64,000 nucleotides of DNA from an uncultured Clostridia bacterium. GTDB lineage: Bacteria > Bacillota > Clostridia > TANB77 > CAG-465. Positions 1-9,150 of this stretch are shown here, in pieces. The position numbers and the translations under genes were made by a program. The DNA lies in contig CANQYI010000003.1 of the NCBI GenBank assembly GCA_947628005.1, positions 134,077 through 198,076 of the forward strand, written 5' to 3'. Numbering within the stretch: position 1 is the first letter of the stretch; every line of letters starts with the position of its first letter. The notes below the pieces were generated by a model. The model did no database searches, was not told the DNA's origin, and was given only the letters and a program-made list of their open reading frames with translations.

Positions 1-10
1 AAGACAAGAG

Positions 11-1108
11 ATGTCAAAGATGTTAATGCAAACACGTGAAGAAATAGATAAAAATATAGGAAACAAAATAACTGAAAGTTCAAATATTCAGCAATTGCAA
101 CTTACTTCTCTTACATCTCTTAATGAAACTAAACTTGAAAATGTCAGAAAAACAGTAGAAGAAAAACTTACTTATATTCAAAAAGACAATAATGAAAAGT
201 TAGAAAAAATGCGTATAACTGTAGATGAAAATCTACATAGCACATTAGAGAAAAGATTAGGAGAATCATTTAAAATAGTAAATGATAGATTAGAATCTGT
301 CTACAAAGGCTTAGGAGAAATGCAAACTTTAGCACAAGGTGTTGGCGATTTAAAAAAAGTTTTCACTAACGTTAAATCACGTGGGTATTGGGGTGAAATT
401 CAACTTTCAAACATCCTTGAACAATTTTTAACTAAGGAACAATATTTAACAAATGTAAAAACTAGGCCTAATAGTAACGATTTAGTAGAATTTGCAATTA
501 AACTTCCTGGGAAAAATGATAACGAAATCGTTCTCCTTCCTGTTGATTCAAAGTTTCCTATTGAAGATTATTCAAGGCTTCTTGAAGCTGAAGAAAATTG
601 CGACACTGAATTAATATCAGAATGTAAAAAGAAACTTGAAAATTCAATTAAATCATTTGCTAAGGACATTCATGATAAATACATTGAAATTCCTTATACA
701 ACGGATTTTGCAATAATGTTTTTACCAACTGAAAGTCTATATTGTGAAGTTTTAAAAAATACTGGCCTAGCTGAATTTGTATCTCAAAAATACAGAATTA
801 TAATATCTGGTCCAACAACTTTTGTTGCACTACTTAATAGCTTGCAAATGGGATTTAAAACTCTTGCAATAGAAAAAAGAACTAGCGAAATATGGCAACT
901 TTTAGGAGTTGTAAAATCTGAATTTATGAAATTTGGAGATATACTAGATAAGACAAATAAAAAGCTTCTAGAAATTTCTAATACTATGGAACTTGCTACT
1001 AAAAAATCCAAAACAATAGAAAGAAAATTAAAAAATGTAGAAGCACTACCTGCTGATGATAGTTTCTTTGAAAATGATACAAAAGTAGATTATGATACAG
1101 AAGAATAA
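11..1108 (+). CDS. rmuC: DNA recombination protein RmuC family (probably N-terminally truncated by the window edge; frame is open back to position 2)
   Basis: 365-aa ORF with coiled-coil N-terminal part and an RmuC-type C-terminal region (GYWGEIQL motif). No in-frame stop between position 1 and the first ATG. Confidence 0.75.
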   Translation: MSKMLMQTREEIDKNIGNKITESSNIQQLQLTSLTSLNETKLENVRKTVEEKLTYIQKDNNEKLEKMRITVDENLHSTLEKRLGESFKIVNDRLESVYKGLGEMQTLAQGVGDLKKVFTNVKSRGYWGEIQLSNILEQFLTKEQYLTNVKTRPNSNDLVEFAIKLPGKNDNEIVLLPVDSKFPIEDYSRLLEAEENCDTELISECKKKLENSIKSFAKDIHDKYIEIPYTTDFAIMFLPTESLYCEVLKNTGLAEFVSQKYRIIISGPTTFVALLNSLQMGFKTLAIEKRTSEIWQLLGVVKSEFMKFGDILDKTNKKLLEISNTMELATKKSKTIERKLKNVEALPADDSFFENDTKVDYDTEE

Positions 1109-1114
1109 AAATAA

Positions 1115-1152
1115 AGCTTGAAAAATTTTCAAGCCTTATTTTTTATATTTTA
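1115..1152 (+). terminator. intrinsic terminator after rmuC
   Basis: gcttgaaaa/ttttcaagc perfect stem followed by a T-run (cttattttttatatttt). Confidence 0.6.
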
Positions 1153-1228
1153 TTTTCAATTATATAGACATTTTAATAAAATTATGGTAAAATATGTGTG
1201 GTTTTTTCTTTTTAAAGGAGTGATTTAT

Positions 1229-2599
1229 TTGAAAAAAATAAAGGCAGTTATACTTGCAGCAGGAAAAGGTACAAGAATGAAATCAGATCTTCATAAGGTA
1301 CTACACAAAGTTTATGATAGAGCTATAATAGATTATGTGTGTGATGCGTGTGAAGATGCTGATGCATCAGAAATATATATAATAACTGGTTATAAAGCAG
1401 AACAAGTTGAAGAACATGTAAAAGCTAGAAGACCAAATATAAAATTTTGTTTACAAAAAGAACAACTTGGAACTGGTCATGCTGTGATGCAAGCTGAAAA
1501 ATATATCGATGATGATGATTTAGTAGTAGTTATAAATGGGGATCAACCACTTATATCTTCTCAAACTATAAAATCATTAGTTGCTTTCTGTGATCAAGGT
1601 AACTACGGTGGTGCCGTATTATCTGGAATTGTTGATGAGCCAGGATCATTAGGAAGAGTTATTAGAGATAACAATGGAAATTTAAGTAGAATAGTTGAGA
1701 AAAAAGATTGTGACGAATTTGAAGAAAAAGTAAAAGAAGTAAACATTGGTGTTTATTGCTTTAATGGTAAACTTCTTAAGTCCTCTTTTTCAAAATTAGA
1801 TGATAATAATGCTCAAGGTGAATATTATATAACTGATATTCCATCTCACATAAAACAAGCAGGCTATAATTTTGGCGTTTACACTATGCCAGATATGTCA
1901 GAATTCCAAGGAGTAAATTCTAGAGAAGAACTTTCAATTGCTACTGAAACTTTACTAAATAAAACTAGAAAAATGCATATGGAAAATGGTGTAACATTAA
2001 TTGATCCCAATAATACTTACATTAGTTTAGATGCAAAAATTGGAAAAGATACTATAATTTACCCTGGAACTAATATACAAGGTGAAACTATTATAGGTGG
2101 AAATTGTATAATTGGTCCTAATTCTAATATAATAGCTTCTAACATTGGAAATAATGTTACTATTGAAATGAGTAAAGTTGTTGAAAGTACAATAGATGAT
2201 AACTGCATAATTGGTCCTTTTGCACACTTAAGACCTAATACAAATATTTCTTCTAAATGTAAAGTTGGAAGTTATGTAGAAACAAAAAATGTAAATGTTG
2301 GTGAAGGAACTAAAATTCCACATTTCATTTATGTTGGTGATGCAGATATTGGTAAAAATGTTGAAATTGCTTGTGGTACAATTACTGCTAACATGAATAT
2401 AAATTGGGAAAAAAATAGAACTACTATAAAAGATAATGCTTTCATTGGTGCAAATTCTACTCTACTTGCTCCAGTAACAGTAGAAGAAGATGCTATAATT
2501 GCTGCAGGTTCTGTTATAAATCAAGACGTTCCTAAAAAAGCATTAGCAATAGCTAGAGAAAGACAAGTAATAAAACATGATTATAAAACTAAAAAATAA
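1229..2599 (+). CDS. glmU: bifunctional UDP-N-acetylglucosamine pyrophosphorylase / glucosamine-1-phosphate N-acetyltransferase GlmU
   Basis: LKKIKAVILAAGKGTRMKS nucleotidyltransferase N-terminus and C-terminal left-handed beta-helix hexapeptide repeats. TTG start at 1229 is 8 nt after an AAAGGAG RBS. The N-terminal extension in the ORF track (from 1118) is not supported. Upstream TGnTAAAAT extended -10 with TAGACA -35 (about 1163-1192). Confidence 0.9.
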   Translation: MKKIKAVILAAGKGTRMKSDLHKVLHKVYDRAIIDYVCDACEDADASEIYIITGYKAEQVEEHVKARRPNIKFCLQKEQLGTGHAVMQAEKYIDDDDLVVVINGDQPLISSQTIKSLVAFCDQGNYGGAVLSGIVDEPGSLGRVIRDNNGNLSRIVEKKDCDEFEEKVKEVNIGVYCFNGKLLKSSFSKLDDNNAQGEYYITDIPSHIKQAGYNFGVYTMPDMSEFQGVNSREELSIATETLLNKTRKMHMENGVTLIDPNNTYISLDAKIGKDTIIYPGTNIQGETIIGGNCIIGPNSNIIASNIGNNVTIEMSKVVESTIDDNCIIGPFAHLRPNTNISSKCKVGSYVETKNVNVGEGTKIPHFIYVGDADIGKNVEIACGTITANMNINWEKNRTTIKDNAFIGANSTLLAPVTVEEDAIIAAGSVINQDVPKKALAIARERQVIKHDYKTKK

Positions 2600-2605
2600 C
2601 TACAT

Positions 2606-2652
2606 AAAAATATACAATATTTTTGAAAAAATATTGTATATTTTTTTTATTT
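2606..2652 (+). terminator. intrinsic terminator after glmU
   Basis: Long AT-rich perfect inverted repeat aaaatatacaatatttt / aaatattgtatatttt followed by a T8 run. Confidence 0.6.
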
Positions 2653-2701
2653 GATATAGAATATAAGTATTAATGGTTATATATAAACGGAGGATAAAAT
2701 A

Positions 2702-4423
2702 ATGAAAGACTATCTTAAAAAATTACAGAAGAAATGCGATATAGATGAAAATTTGATGGTAGTTATAAAAGACCTTATTGATAAATTAATAAAATTTGGG
2801 TATATTTCTTCTATGGAATATGGAAAAATTTCTAAAAAATTATTCGATAATATTGATACTGTAATAACTGGCGATATAAATGGACTTGACTATAAGACTG
2901 GTTATTATGATGCTATGAAAAAAGAGTTATATATAAAAGATACCTCAAATTTTGAATCTATATATTTGCGTATATTATATATATTATCTACTACTGAAAT
3001 TGACGATAAGAAATTTAATGTTGGTTACTCTATTACTTCCCTTGCTAAAAAAAGTTATAAAATAAACCATAAAAATTTTGGATTAAATAGAGCTGTTATT
3101 TCTAATTTAGTATGTAGATTACTTTATACTCTACCTACTACACTTAGTATTGTTCCAACATATAGAACTTATGAAAATGATTTTTTAGGAAATAAATTAA
3201 GTAGTGATAACGATATATATTTCTTAGAGGGAAAACTACTAAAAGAACTTTGTTATTGTTGTGATATATCAGAAGAAAGTCTATATTCAAATTTATTTAG
3301 TTCTTCACCTATAAAATTTTTAGATAAAGCTTTTGAAAAATCTGGCATAGATAATATTTCTGAAATTGAAGATTTATTCGATACAACTAGTAGAATGTAT
3401 TCAAATTACAATAAACTATGCTTCTTAAATAGAAAATTAAATGAAAACTATATAAATATTAGAAAAAATATATTAAATGATGATATTTCTGAACTTAATA
3501 AAGAACAAGATAGAATAAAACTAGCTATAAAAACTGCTATTCAAAAATTAGAATACAAAGAACTAAATATTGATGATGATGAATTTGATAATAAAATTGA
3601 ATCTAGTCTATCAGAAAAAATAAGTTTCTTAGAAGAGAATATTTTATTAAATATATATAAAATTCAAAATATACTTGTAAATGTCTTAATTAAAAATGAA
3701 AGCAAATATGAACCAATAGAATATGCTATAAAATTAAAAGAAATTAATTCTTTATTAATAGTTGAAAATGACGTATTAAAAGATGCTATATATACTACTA
3801 TTTCTACTAAATTACTTAGTACATCAGAATCTACTGCATCTAATTTAGTAGCCAAGATAAAATATAGCTTAGTTAATCAAATAATATCTTCTGATAAATA
3901 TATTAAAATCTATAAAAACTTATCATTTAAAAAACTAAATGATTTAAAACTAAAAACTAATTCATCTCTTGTTGTTCTTACATCTGAAAATAATTTTTTA
4001 AATTTAGTTGAGATAAGTAAATTAAATGAAAAATCAAAAAATTTAGATAATAATACTAAAATAATACATCTAGAGAATTTGAGATATTTATTGACTAATC
4101 CTTCTATAACTACTGATACTTATAAAATCGAAGAAATATTTTCAGCTATAAAGAACAAATATAAAAAATATGCAAAACTTCAAATAGAAAATGTATATTG
4201 GACATCTGTATACGAACCTGGTCTTTTATTCATAATGGACGATAATGGTTTTGATGTATTAAAAATAAAAATTAATGATGAAAATATAGAACTTAGCACA
4301 GTAAAATTATCTGAGAATTATAATGTCTTTGACGTACATGGAGAAAATCTTCCTGCACCATATTCTAAAAATAAGAAAACATCTATATTTCAAAAAATTG
4401 TTGCATTATTTGCATTAATATAA
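2702..4423 (+). CDS. hypothetical protein (573 aa, N/K/I-rich, no recognisable motif)
   Basis: Long ORF with native codon bias and good RBS (AACGGAGGAT, 8 nt before ATG). No signal peptide, TM or catalytic motif recognised. Confidence 0.5.
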   Translation: MKDYLKKLQKKCDIDENLMVVIKDLIDKLIKFGYISSMEYGKISKKLFDNIDTVITGDINGLDYKTGYYDAMKKELYIKDTSNFESIYLRILYILSTTEIDDKKFNVGYSITSLAKKSYKINHKNFGLNRAVISNLVCRLLYTLPTTLSIVPTYRTYENDFLGNKLSSDNDIYFLEGKLLKELCYCCDISEESLYSNLFSSSPIKFLDKAFEKSGIDNISEIEDLFDTTSRMYSNYNKLCFLNRKLNENYINIRKNILNDDISELNKEQDRIKLAIKTAIQKLEYKELNIDDDEFDNKIESSLSEKISFLEENILLNIYKIQNILVNVLIKNESKYEPIEYAIKLKEINSLLIVENDVLKDAIYTTISTKLLSTSESTASNLVAKIKYSLVNQIISSDKYIKIYKNLSFKKLNDLKLKTNSSLVVLTSENNFLNLVEISKLNEKSKNLDNNTKIIHLENLRYLLTNPSITTDTYKIEEIFSAIKNKYKKYAKLQIENVYWTSVYEPGLLFIMDDNGFDVLKIKINDENIELSTVKLSENYNVFDVHGENLPAPYSKNKKTSIFQKIVALFALI

Positions 4424-4515
4424 ATAAAAATATGTTTATACTTAGCTACTGAAATAATGATTTCGGTAGCTATTTTTTGCATAAAAAAAGAGGCAAACCT
4501 TTTATGGTCCACCTC

Positions 4516-5139
4516 TTAGATAATTTCTTCCACATCAAGTTCCTCGATGTCGCTTATTCTCCTCCTATTCAAGAATTTAAGCTTTTTGAGCTTTTTGCCA
4601 ACATATCTATAATCTATCCCGTGGAAATATGAAGGAATAATATCATCCATCAAATTATTTCCAACCATGAGTCTTATAAAGCAAGACTTCTGTAGATTTT
4701 CTAAAGCTAGAGTCTTACTTCTTGTACTATAAATTTCTACTGATTTAATAAGAATCCGATCAGTTATCTTATTATTAGAAATTATAATCACATGATAGCC
4801 TTTTTCTTCTAGGCTCTTAAAATATGGCAAACGCTTTAAAATTTCTTTCATAGTAAGCTCTGTGTACATCACTTTGTATTCTTCAAAAACAGCTTTGAAA
4901 TTTGAGCCTGATATCAAAGAATACAACAATAGCCTAAATTTTAGCATTAAAGTTGTATTTTTTATTATATCTTGTTCATTTATTTTCCACGCTATTTTAT
5001 CTAAAGCCAAAGTAAGCTTATGGTTTTTAAAAATGTGGTTTCTAATTATCTTATTATCGATTTTTCTAAAATCTGTTACTGTACCATCCAGGTCAAAAAC
5101 TATTACTGGAACTTTCCGTAAAATTTCAGAATTCATCAT
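4516..5139 (-). CDS. HAD-superfamily hydrolase
   Basis: Motif I VIVFDLDGTVTD (DxDGT) near the N-terminus, about 200 aa. AGGAGG RBS 8 nt upstream of the ATG. Confidence 0.7.
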   Translation of the reverse strand: MMNSEILRKVPVIVFDLDGTVTDFRKIDNKIIRNHIFKNHKLTLALDKIAWKINEQDIIKNTTLMLKFRLLLYSLISGSNFKAVFEEYKVMYTELTMKEILKRLPYFKSLEEKGYHVIIISNNKITDRILIKSVEIYSTRSKTLALENLQKSCFIRLMVGNNLMDDIIPSYFHGIDYRYVGKKLKKLKFLNRRRISDIEELDVEEII

Positions 5140-5171
5140 TAGATAAGCCTCCTTTTTTCACTTATGTCAAC

Positions 5172-6284
5172 TTATATTATAACATCTTTTTTTATATATT
5201 TCAAGTATTCATAAATAAAATCATCTATTTTGCCATCAAGTACAGCTTGAACATTACCAACTTCATAGTTTGTTCTATGATCTTTTACTAATGTATATGG
5301 ACAAAATACGTAGGATCTAATTTGGCTTCCCCAACCATTATCACTTGATTCTCCCTTTATACTATTCATCTTTTCCTTATAACTATTTCTTTCTAGATTA
5401 TATAATTTTGCCTTCAACATTTTCATAGCATAATCTCTGTTTTGAAATTGTGATCTTTCAGTTTGACATGTTACTACAATTCCTGTTGGAATGTGTTTAA
5501 GTCGCACAGCAGAAGATGTCTTGTTTACATGTTGTCCCCCTGCTCCACTAGCTCTAAATACATCCATCTGTATATCTTCATCTTTTATATCAACTTTGAT
5601 ACTATCATCAATTTCTGGCATTACTTCTACTGAAGCAAAAGAAGTATGTCTTCTGCTATTAGCATCAAAAGGAGAAATCCTTACAAGTCTATGAACTCCA
5701 TTTTCAGATTTTAAATACCCATAAGCATTACTTCCTTTTACTAAAAAAGATACACTTTTAATTCCTGCTTCTTCTGAGTCTTGATAATCTAATGTTTCTA
5801 CCTCAAACTCATTTTTTGCACACCATTTAAGATACATTCTATATAACATTAATGCCCAATCTTGTGATTCTGTACCACCAGCTCCTGGATGAATAGTAAC
5901 AATTGCATTATTTTCATCATATTCTTCTCCAAGTAAAGTGTCTATTTCTAATTTTTCTATAGATTCTTCTAATTCTTTTGATATTTTATTAGATTCTTTA
6001 AAACTCTCTATATCATTCATACTAATAGCAAGTTCTAAATACTCTTTAGCATCTCTTAGCTTGCTTACAAGTGTATCAATTTTTAAAACGCTTTTTTCAA
6101 GCCTTTTTTGTTCCTGTAAAATTTTAGAAGAATTATCTGTATCTTTAAAGAAATCTTCATTTAGTATCATTTTTTCTATTTCTTCAATTTTAGCTTTTTT
6201 ATCACTTATTTTTAAAGCTATAATAAGTTTATCTAAATTTTTTTCTAATTCTTCTAATTTTAATCTTATACTATCAAAATCCAT
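5172..6284 (-). CDS. prfB: peptide chain release factor 2
   Basis: GGQ motif (SGAGGQHVNKT) and SPF tripeptide-anticodon motif (RISPFD) typical of RF2. The ORF is continuous, so no programmed +1 frameshift site. Start overlaps the upstream stop as TAATG. Confidence 0.9.
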   Translation of the reverse strand: MDFDSIRLKLEELEKNLDKLIIALKISDKKAKIEEIEKMILNEDFFKDTDNSSKILQEQKRLEKSVLKIDTLVSKLRDAKEYLELAISMNDIESFKESNKISKELEESIEKLEIDTLLGEEYDENNAIVTIHPGAGGTESQDWALMLYRMYLKWCAKNEFEVETLDYQDSEEAGIKSVSFLVKGSNAYGYLKSENGVHRLVRISPFDANSRRHTSFASVEVMPEIDDSIKVDIKDEDIQMDVFRASGAGGQHVNKTSSAVRLKHIPTGIVVTCQTERSQFQNRDYAMKMLKAKLYNLERNSYKEKMNSIKGESSDNGWGSQIRSYVFCPYTLVKDHRTNYEVGNVQAVLDGKIDDFIYEYLKYIKKDVII

Positions 6285-6982
6285 TATTTTACCTCATTCC
6301 ATATTTTATCTTTATATTCATAATCCCAAGGATTAAAGGTAAATTCTAAATATTCATCTTTAGTAGGATGAAAAAAAGATAAATAATATGACCACAAAGC
6401 TAAATTTTGTCCTACCTTATTTTGCTTTTGACCATATTTTTGATCACCATATAGTGGATTTCCTATTGAAGAAAACTGTACTCTTATTTGATGATGTCTA
6501 CCAGTTTTTAAATCAATATCAACTAATGTATATTCCTTATCTCTTAATCTAATATTTTTAATTGGTGTATACTCTAATTGAGCATATTTTGCATTCTTTG
6601 TATTTGGGTCAACTACTCTACTCATATTCATTTTTTCATTTTTTACTAAATAATTTTCCAATATCACTTTTTTGTTAATTTCAAGTTTACCATTTACTAT
6701 TGCATAATATTTCTTTTTAAAGTTCTTTTCTCTTATATATTCACTAATTCTACTAGCTGCCTTTGAAGTCTTTGCAAATACCATTAATCCCCCAACCATT
6801 CTATCTAATCTGTGAACAAGACCTAAATATACGTTTCCCGGCTTATTATATTTTTCCTTTAAATATTCCTTTATTATCGTAATCATATCTTTATCGCCAG
6901 TTTTATCTTGTTGTACTGGAATACCTGCAGGTTTAATAACAACTATTATATGATTATCTTCATATATTACTTTTAAATTCAT
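6284..6982 (-). CDS. RluA-family pseudouridine synthase
   Basis: HRLDRMVGGLMVFAKT catalytic-Asp motif of the RluA family. 232 aa. RBS AAGGTGG. Confidence 0.8.
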   Translation of the reverse strand: MNLKVIYEDNHIIVVIKPAGIPVQQDKTGDKDMITIIKEYLKEKYNKPGNVYLGLVHRLDRMVGGLMVFAKTSKAASRISEYIREKNFKKKYYAIVNGKLEINKKVILENYLVKNEKMNMSRVVDPNTKNAKYAQLEYTPIKNIRLRDKEYTLVDIDLKTGRHHQIRVQFSSIGNPLYGDQKYGQKQNKVGQNLALWSYYLSFFHPTKDEYLEFTFNPWDYEYKDKIWNEVK

Positions 6983-7117
6983 TAAGTAACCACCTTTAGT
7001 ATTATTTTAGCACAGATTATATACATAAACAAGTTAAGATATTTATTTTTTTTGTAAACTGTGCTATAATCTGTGTAATAAGAAAATGTTCCAACTTAAA
7101 TTTAAGGAGGTAATTTT

Positions 7118-7801
7118 ATGATTAATTTTGATGATTTGTCATTTGAAGGTTTTGATATATCTTGCTATAAATTTATACTTGTTGAAGTTAATAAAAATGT
7201 ATCACTACACATTTTAAATTCTAAAAATGTATTAGAATATACTATACTGCCAAAACTTTCTAAGGCTGAAAAAGACAGATTATATAGTAATAAGTTAGAG
7301 AGTAATGTGTTTTCTTTTTTAGGTCAAAGTTACTTTTTATCTGTTGACAATTGTAATTTTGATGAAATTATGGTTCCATACTTTAAATTAGTGTCATCTA
7401 AGTATATTTTTAAAAAGTTTAAAAAAATAAAAATTCCAAATGATGCTACTAGAAAATTATCTTTTAAAGATTATGAAAATTTAGACAAATTTATTGAAAC
7501 CAAGGTTAAAAATAAGCTATTAGAAGATATAAAATCAACAGATTCTGTTTGCATTGAATTGATTTCTGGCCTACCAGCCTCAATGATTCCAAAGGAATAT
7601 ACAATTTTATATCATAATCTTTGTACTTATGTGCTCTTAGATACAAAAAAAGCAATATCGATGGCAAATGTACAAAATAATTGTTTAAGAATAAAAGTTG
7701 ATAAGCGGTATAAGGCAGCAATTATTGGATATAAAGGAGAAAATATAAAAAGAATTGCAAAAAAACTCAATATAAAAATAATTGTTGATATAAAAAAATA
7801 A
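7118..7801 (+). CDS. hypothetical protein with C-terminal KH-like RNA-binding segment
   Basis: C-terminus IIGYKGENIKRIAKKLNIKI resembles a KH-domain GXXG loop. AAGGAGG RBS. Rest of protein unrecognised. Confidence 0.45.
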   Translation: MINFDDLSFEGFDISCYKFILVEVNKNVSLHILNSKNVLEYTILPKLSKAEKDRLYSNKLESNVFSFLGQSYFLSVDNCNFDEIMVPYFKLVSSKYIFKKFKKIKIPNDATRKLSFKDYENLDKFIETKVKNKLLEDIKSTDSVCIELISGLPASMIPKEYTILYHNLCTYVLLDTKKAISMANVQNNCLRIKVDKRYKAAIIGYKGENIKRIAKKLNIKIIVDIKK

Positions 7802-7825
7802 CTGATTAAAAAATCAGTTATTTTT

Positions 7826-8023
7826 TTATGCGTTTTCTTGCTTTTTCTCTTTAATTTCAAGAACTTGTTTCTTATTATAATAACCACAGCTTGGACAAGC
7901 CTTATGTGATAAAATTGGTTCTGAACAATTTGGGCAAGTTGATAAATTTTTTTCTTCTAATTTCCAATTAGAACGTCTTAAATGTGTTCTTTCTTTTGAC
8001 CATCTTCTTTTTGGTTGTGCCAT
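7826..8023 (-). CDS. rpmF: 50S ribosomal protein L32
   Basis: MAQPKRRWSKERTHLRRSNWKL... with a CPNC...CPSC zinc ribbon. Matches the Firmicutes L32 pattern (MAVPKRRTSK...RRTH...CxxC). AAGGAGGG RBS. Confidence 0.85.
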   Translation of the reverse strand: MAQPKRRWSKERTHLRRSNWKLEEKNLSTCPNCSEPILSHKACPSCGYYNKKQVLEIKEKKQENA

Positions 8024-8211
8024 ATCGTGTATTCCCTCCTTAACAAGCTATATATCAAGATAACATAGCTTAGAATTTCTTAGTTACCTATATATTATAT
8101 ACTAGTAAGTTAAAAATGTCAATAACTAAACATAATTTTTTTCTTGACACATATGTTATAATGATATAGATTCTTATTTTAACTATTTTCAAATTTGAAA
8201 GGAGACAAAAA

Positions 8212-8748
8212 ATGCTAAATTCTACAGATATAAATACCATATTTAATGTCAGTGAAAAAATTGACAGAGCAATACTTGCTCAAGCAAAGACTAAAAGTTG
8301 CGTAAGTCTTATTAGAGATAAATTAATTCTGCGGTATCCATTTAATGAGGCAATACTAAATGTAAGAGAAGAAATAACCCATAAAATTTATTCTGAAAAT
8401 CCTTCATTGATAAAAGATACATTATCTGAATTATCTTGTTTAATTGATAATTTAAAAAGTTATAATTCAGAATATTTTGCAGATAAAGTGCCCTCTGATA
8501 TAATACCAAATTATATGTTGCTTTTAAGCTATATTGGTATAGCTCCAACTAAGTCAAAAATATTTAAGAGAATAAAAAATATTATTACGGTAACCTCACG
8601 ATTTGTATCAAATAAAATAACTTTAGAAAAGTTAAAAGCCGAATTTGAAATCCAACTTGTTTCGTTTGAAAGGAAAATTCAAATATACAAAAGTAGCGAT
8701 GAAGAAGATATAATAGTTTTTATTTTAAGGTATGATATAAAAAAATGA
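8212..8748 (+). CDS. hypothetical protein (178 aa)
   Basis: ORF with GAAAGGAG RBS and followed by a hairpin terminator (aaagcctgcttaataagcaggcttt). No motif recognised. Confidence 0.45.
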   Translation: MLNSTDINTIFNVSEKIDRAILAQAKTKSCVSLIRDKLILRYPFNEAILNVREEITHKIYSENPSLIKDTLSELSCLIDNLKSYNSEYFADKVPSDIIPNYMLLLSYIGIAPTKSKIFKRIKNIITVTSRFVSNKITLEKLKAEFEIQLVSFERKIQIYKSSDEEDIIVFILRYDIKK

Positions 8749-8868
8749 TTTAAAGCCTGCTTAATAAGCAGGCTTTATTTTATACACATTTAAAATATTA
8801 AAATATTAAAATATTAAAATATTTAATAAAAATATAAATTATGATATAATTATATTCGAGGTATTTTT

Positions 8869-9147
8869 ATGAATATTTATATTTACTTTATAATTTATAT
8901 AATAGCAATAAATTTATTAAGTTTTTACGTAATGTATTCTGACAAATCAAAAGCAATTAGAAATGCAAGAAGAATACCAGAAAAAAGTATATTTTTATTA
9001 TGCTTTTTAGGTGGCTCATTAGGAACTTATCTGGGAATGTATAAATTTAGACATAAGACTAAGCATATAAATTTTGTAGTTATGGTTCCTGTCATATTTT
9101 TATTAAACATTATAATGGCATATTTTATATTAAAATATATAAAATAA
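8869..9147 (+). CDS. DUF1294-family small membrane protein
   Basis: 92 aa with two TM segments and conserved ARRIPE...GGSLGTYLGMYKFRHKTKH block typical of DUF1294. Preceded by an extended -10 TGATATAAT. Confidence 0.6.
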   Translation: MNIYIYFIIYIIAINLLSFYVMYSDKSKAIRNARRIPEKSIFLLCFLGGSLGTYLGMYKFRHKTKHINFVVMVPVIFLLNIIMAYFILKYIK

Positions 9148-9150
9148 TAT

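Noticed and set aside
784-1011. Many short antisense ORFs nested inside long genes (e.g. 784-1011, 2027-2227, 3664-3855, 5491-5694, 5938-6336, 7506-7887, 13247-13546, 14804-15046, 15251-15577, 23548-23832, 24405-24909, 28555-28875, 41175-41598, 47263-47652, 52298-52837, 56792-57220)
   Set aside because: They are fully embedded in, and opposite to, well-supported genes. They lack RBSs and have low-complexity translations, so they are typical shadow ORFs.
1118-1228. N-terminal extension of the glmU ORF (MKNFQALFFIFYF...)
   Set aside because: The extension covers the rmuC terminator and the glmU promoter. The conserved GlmU N-terminus begins at a TTG 8 nt after AAAGGAG at 1229.
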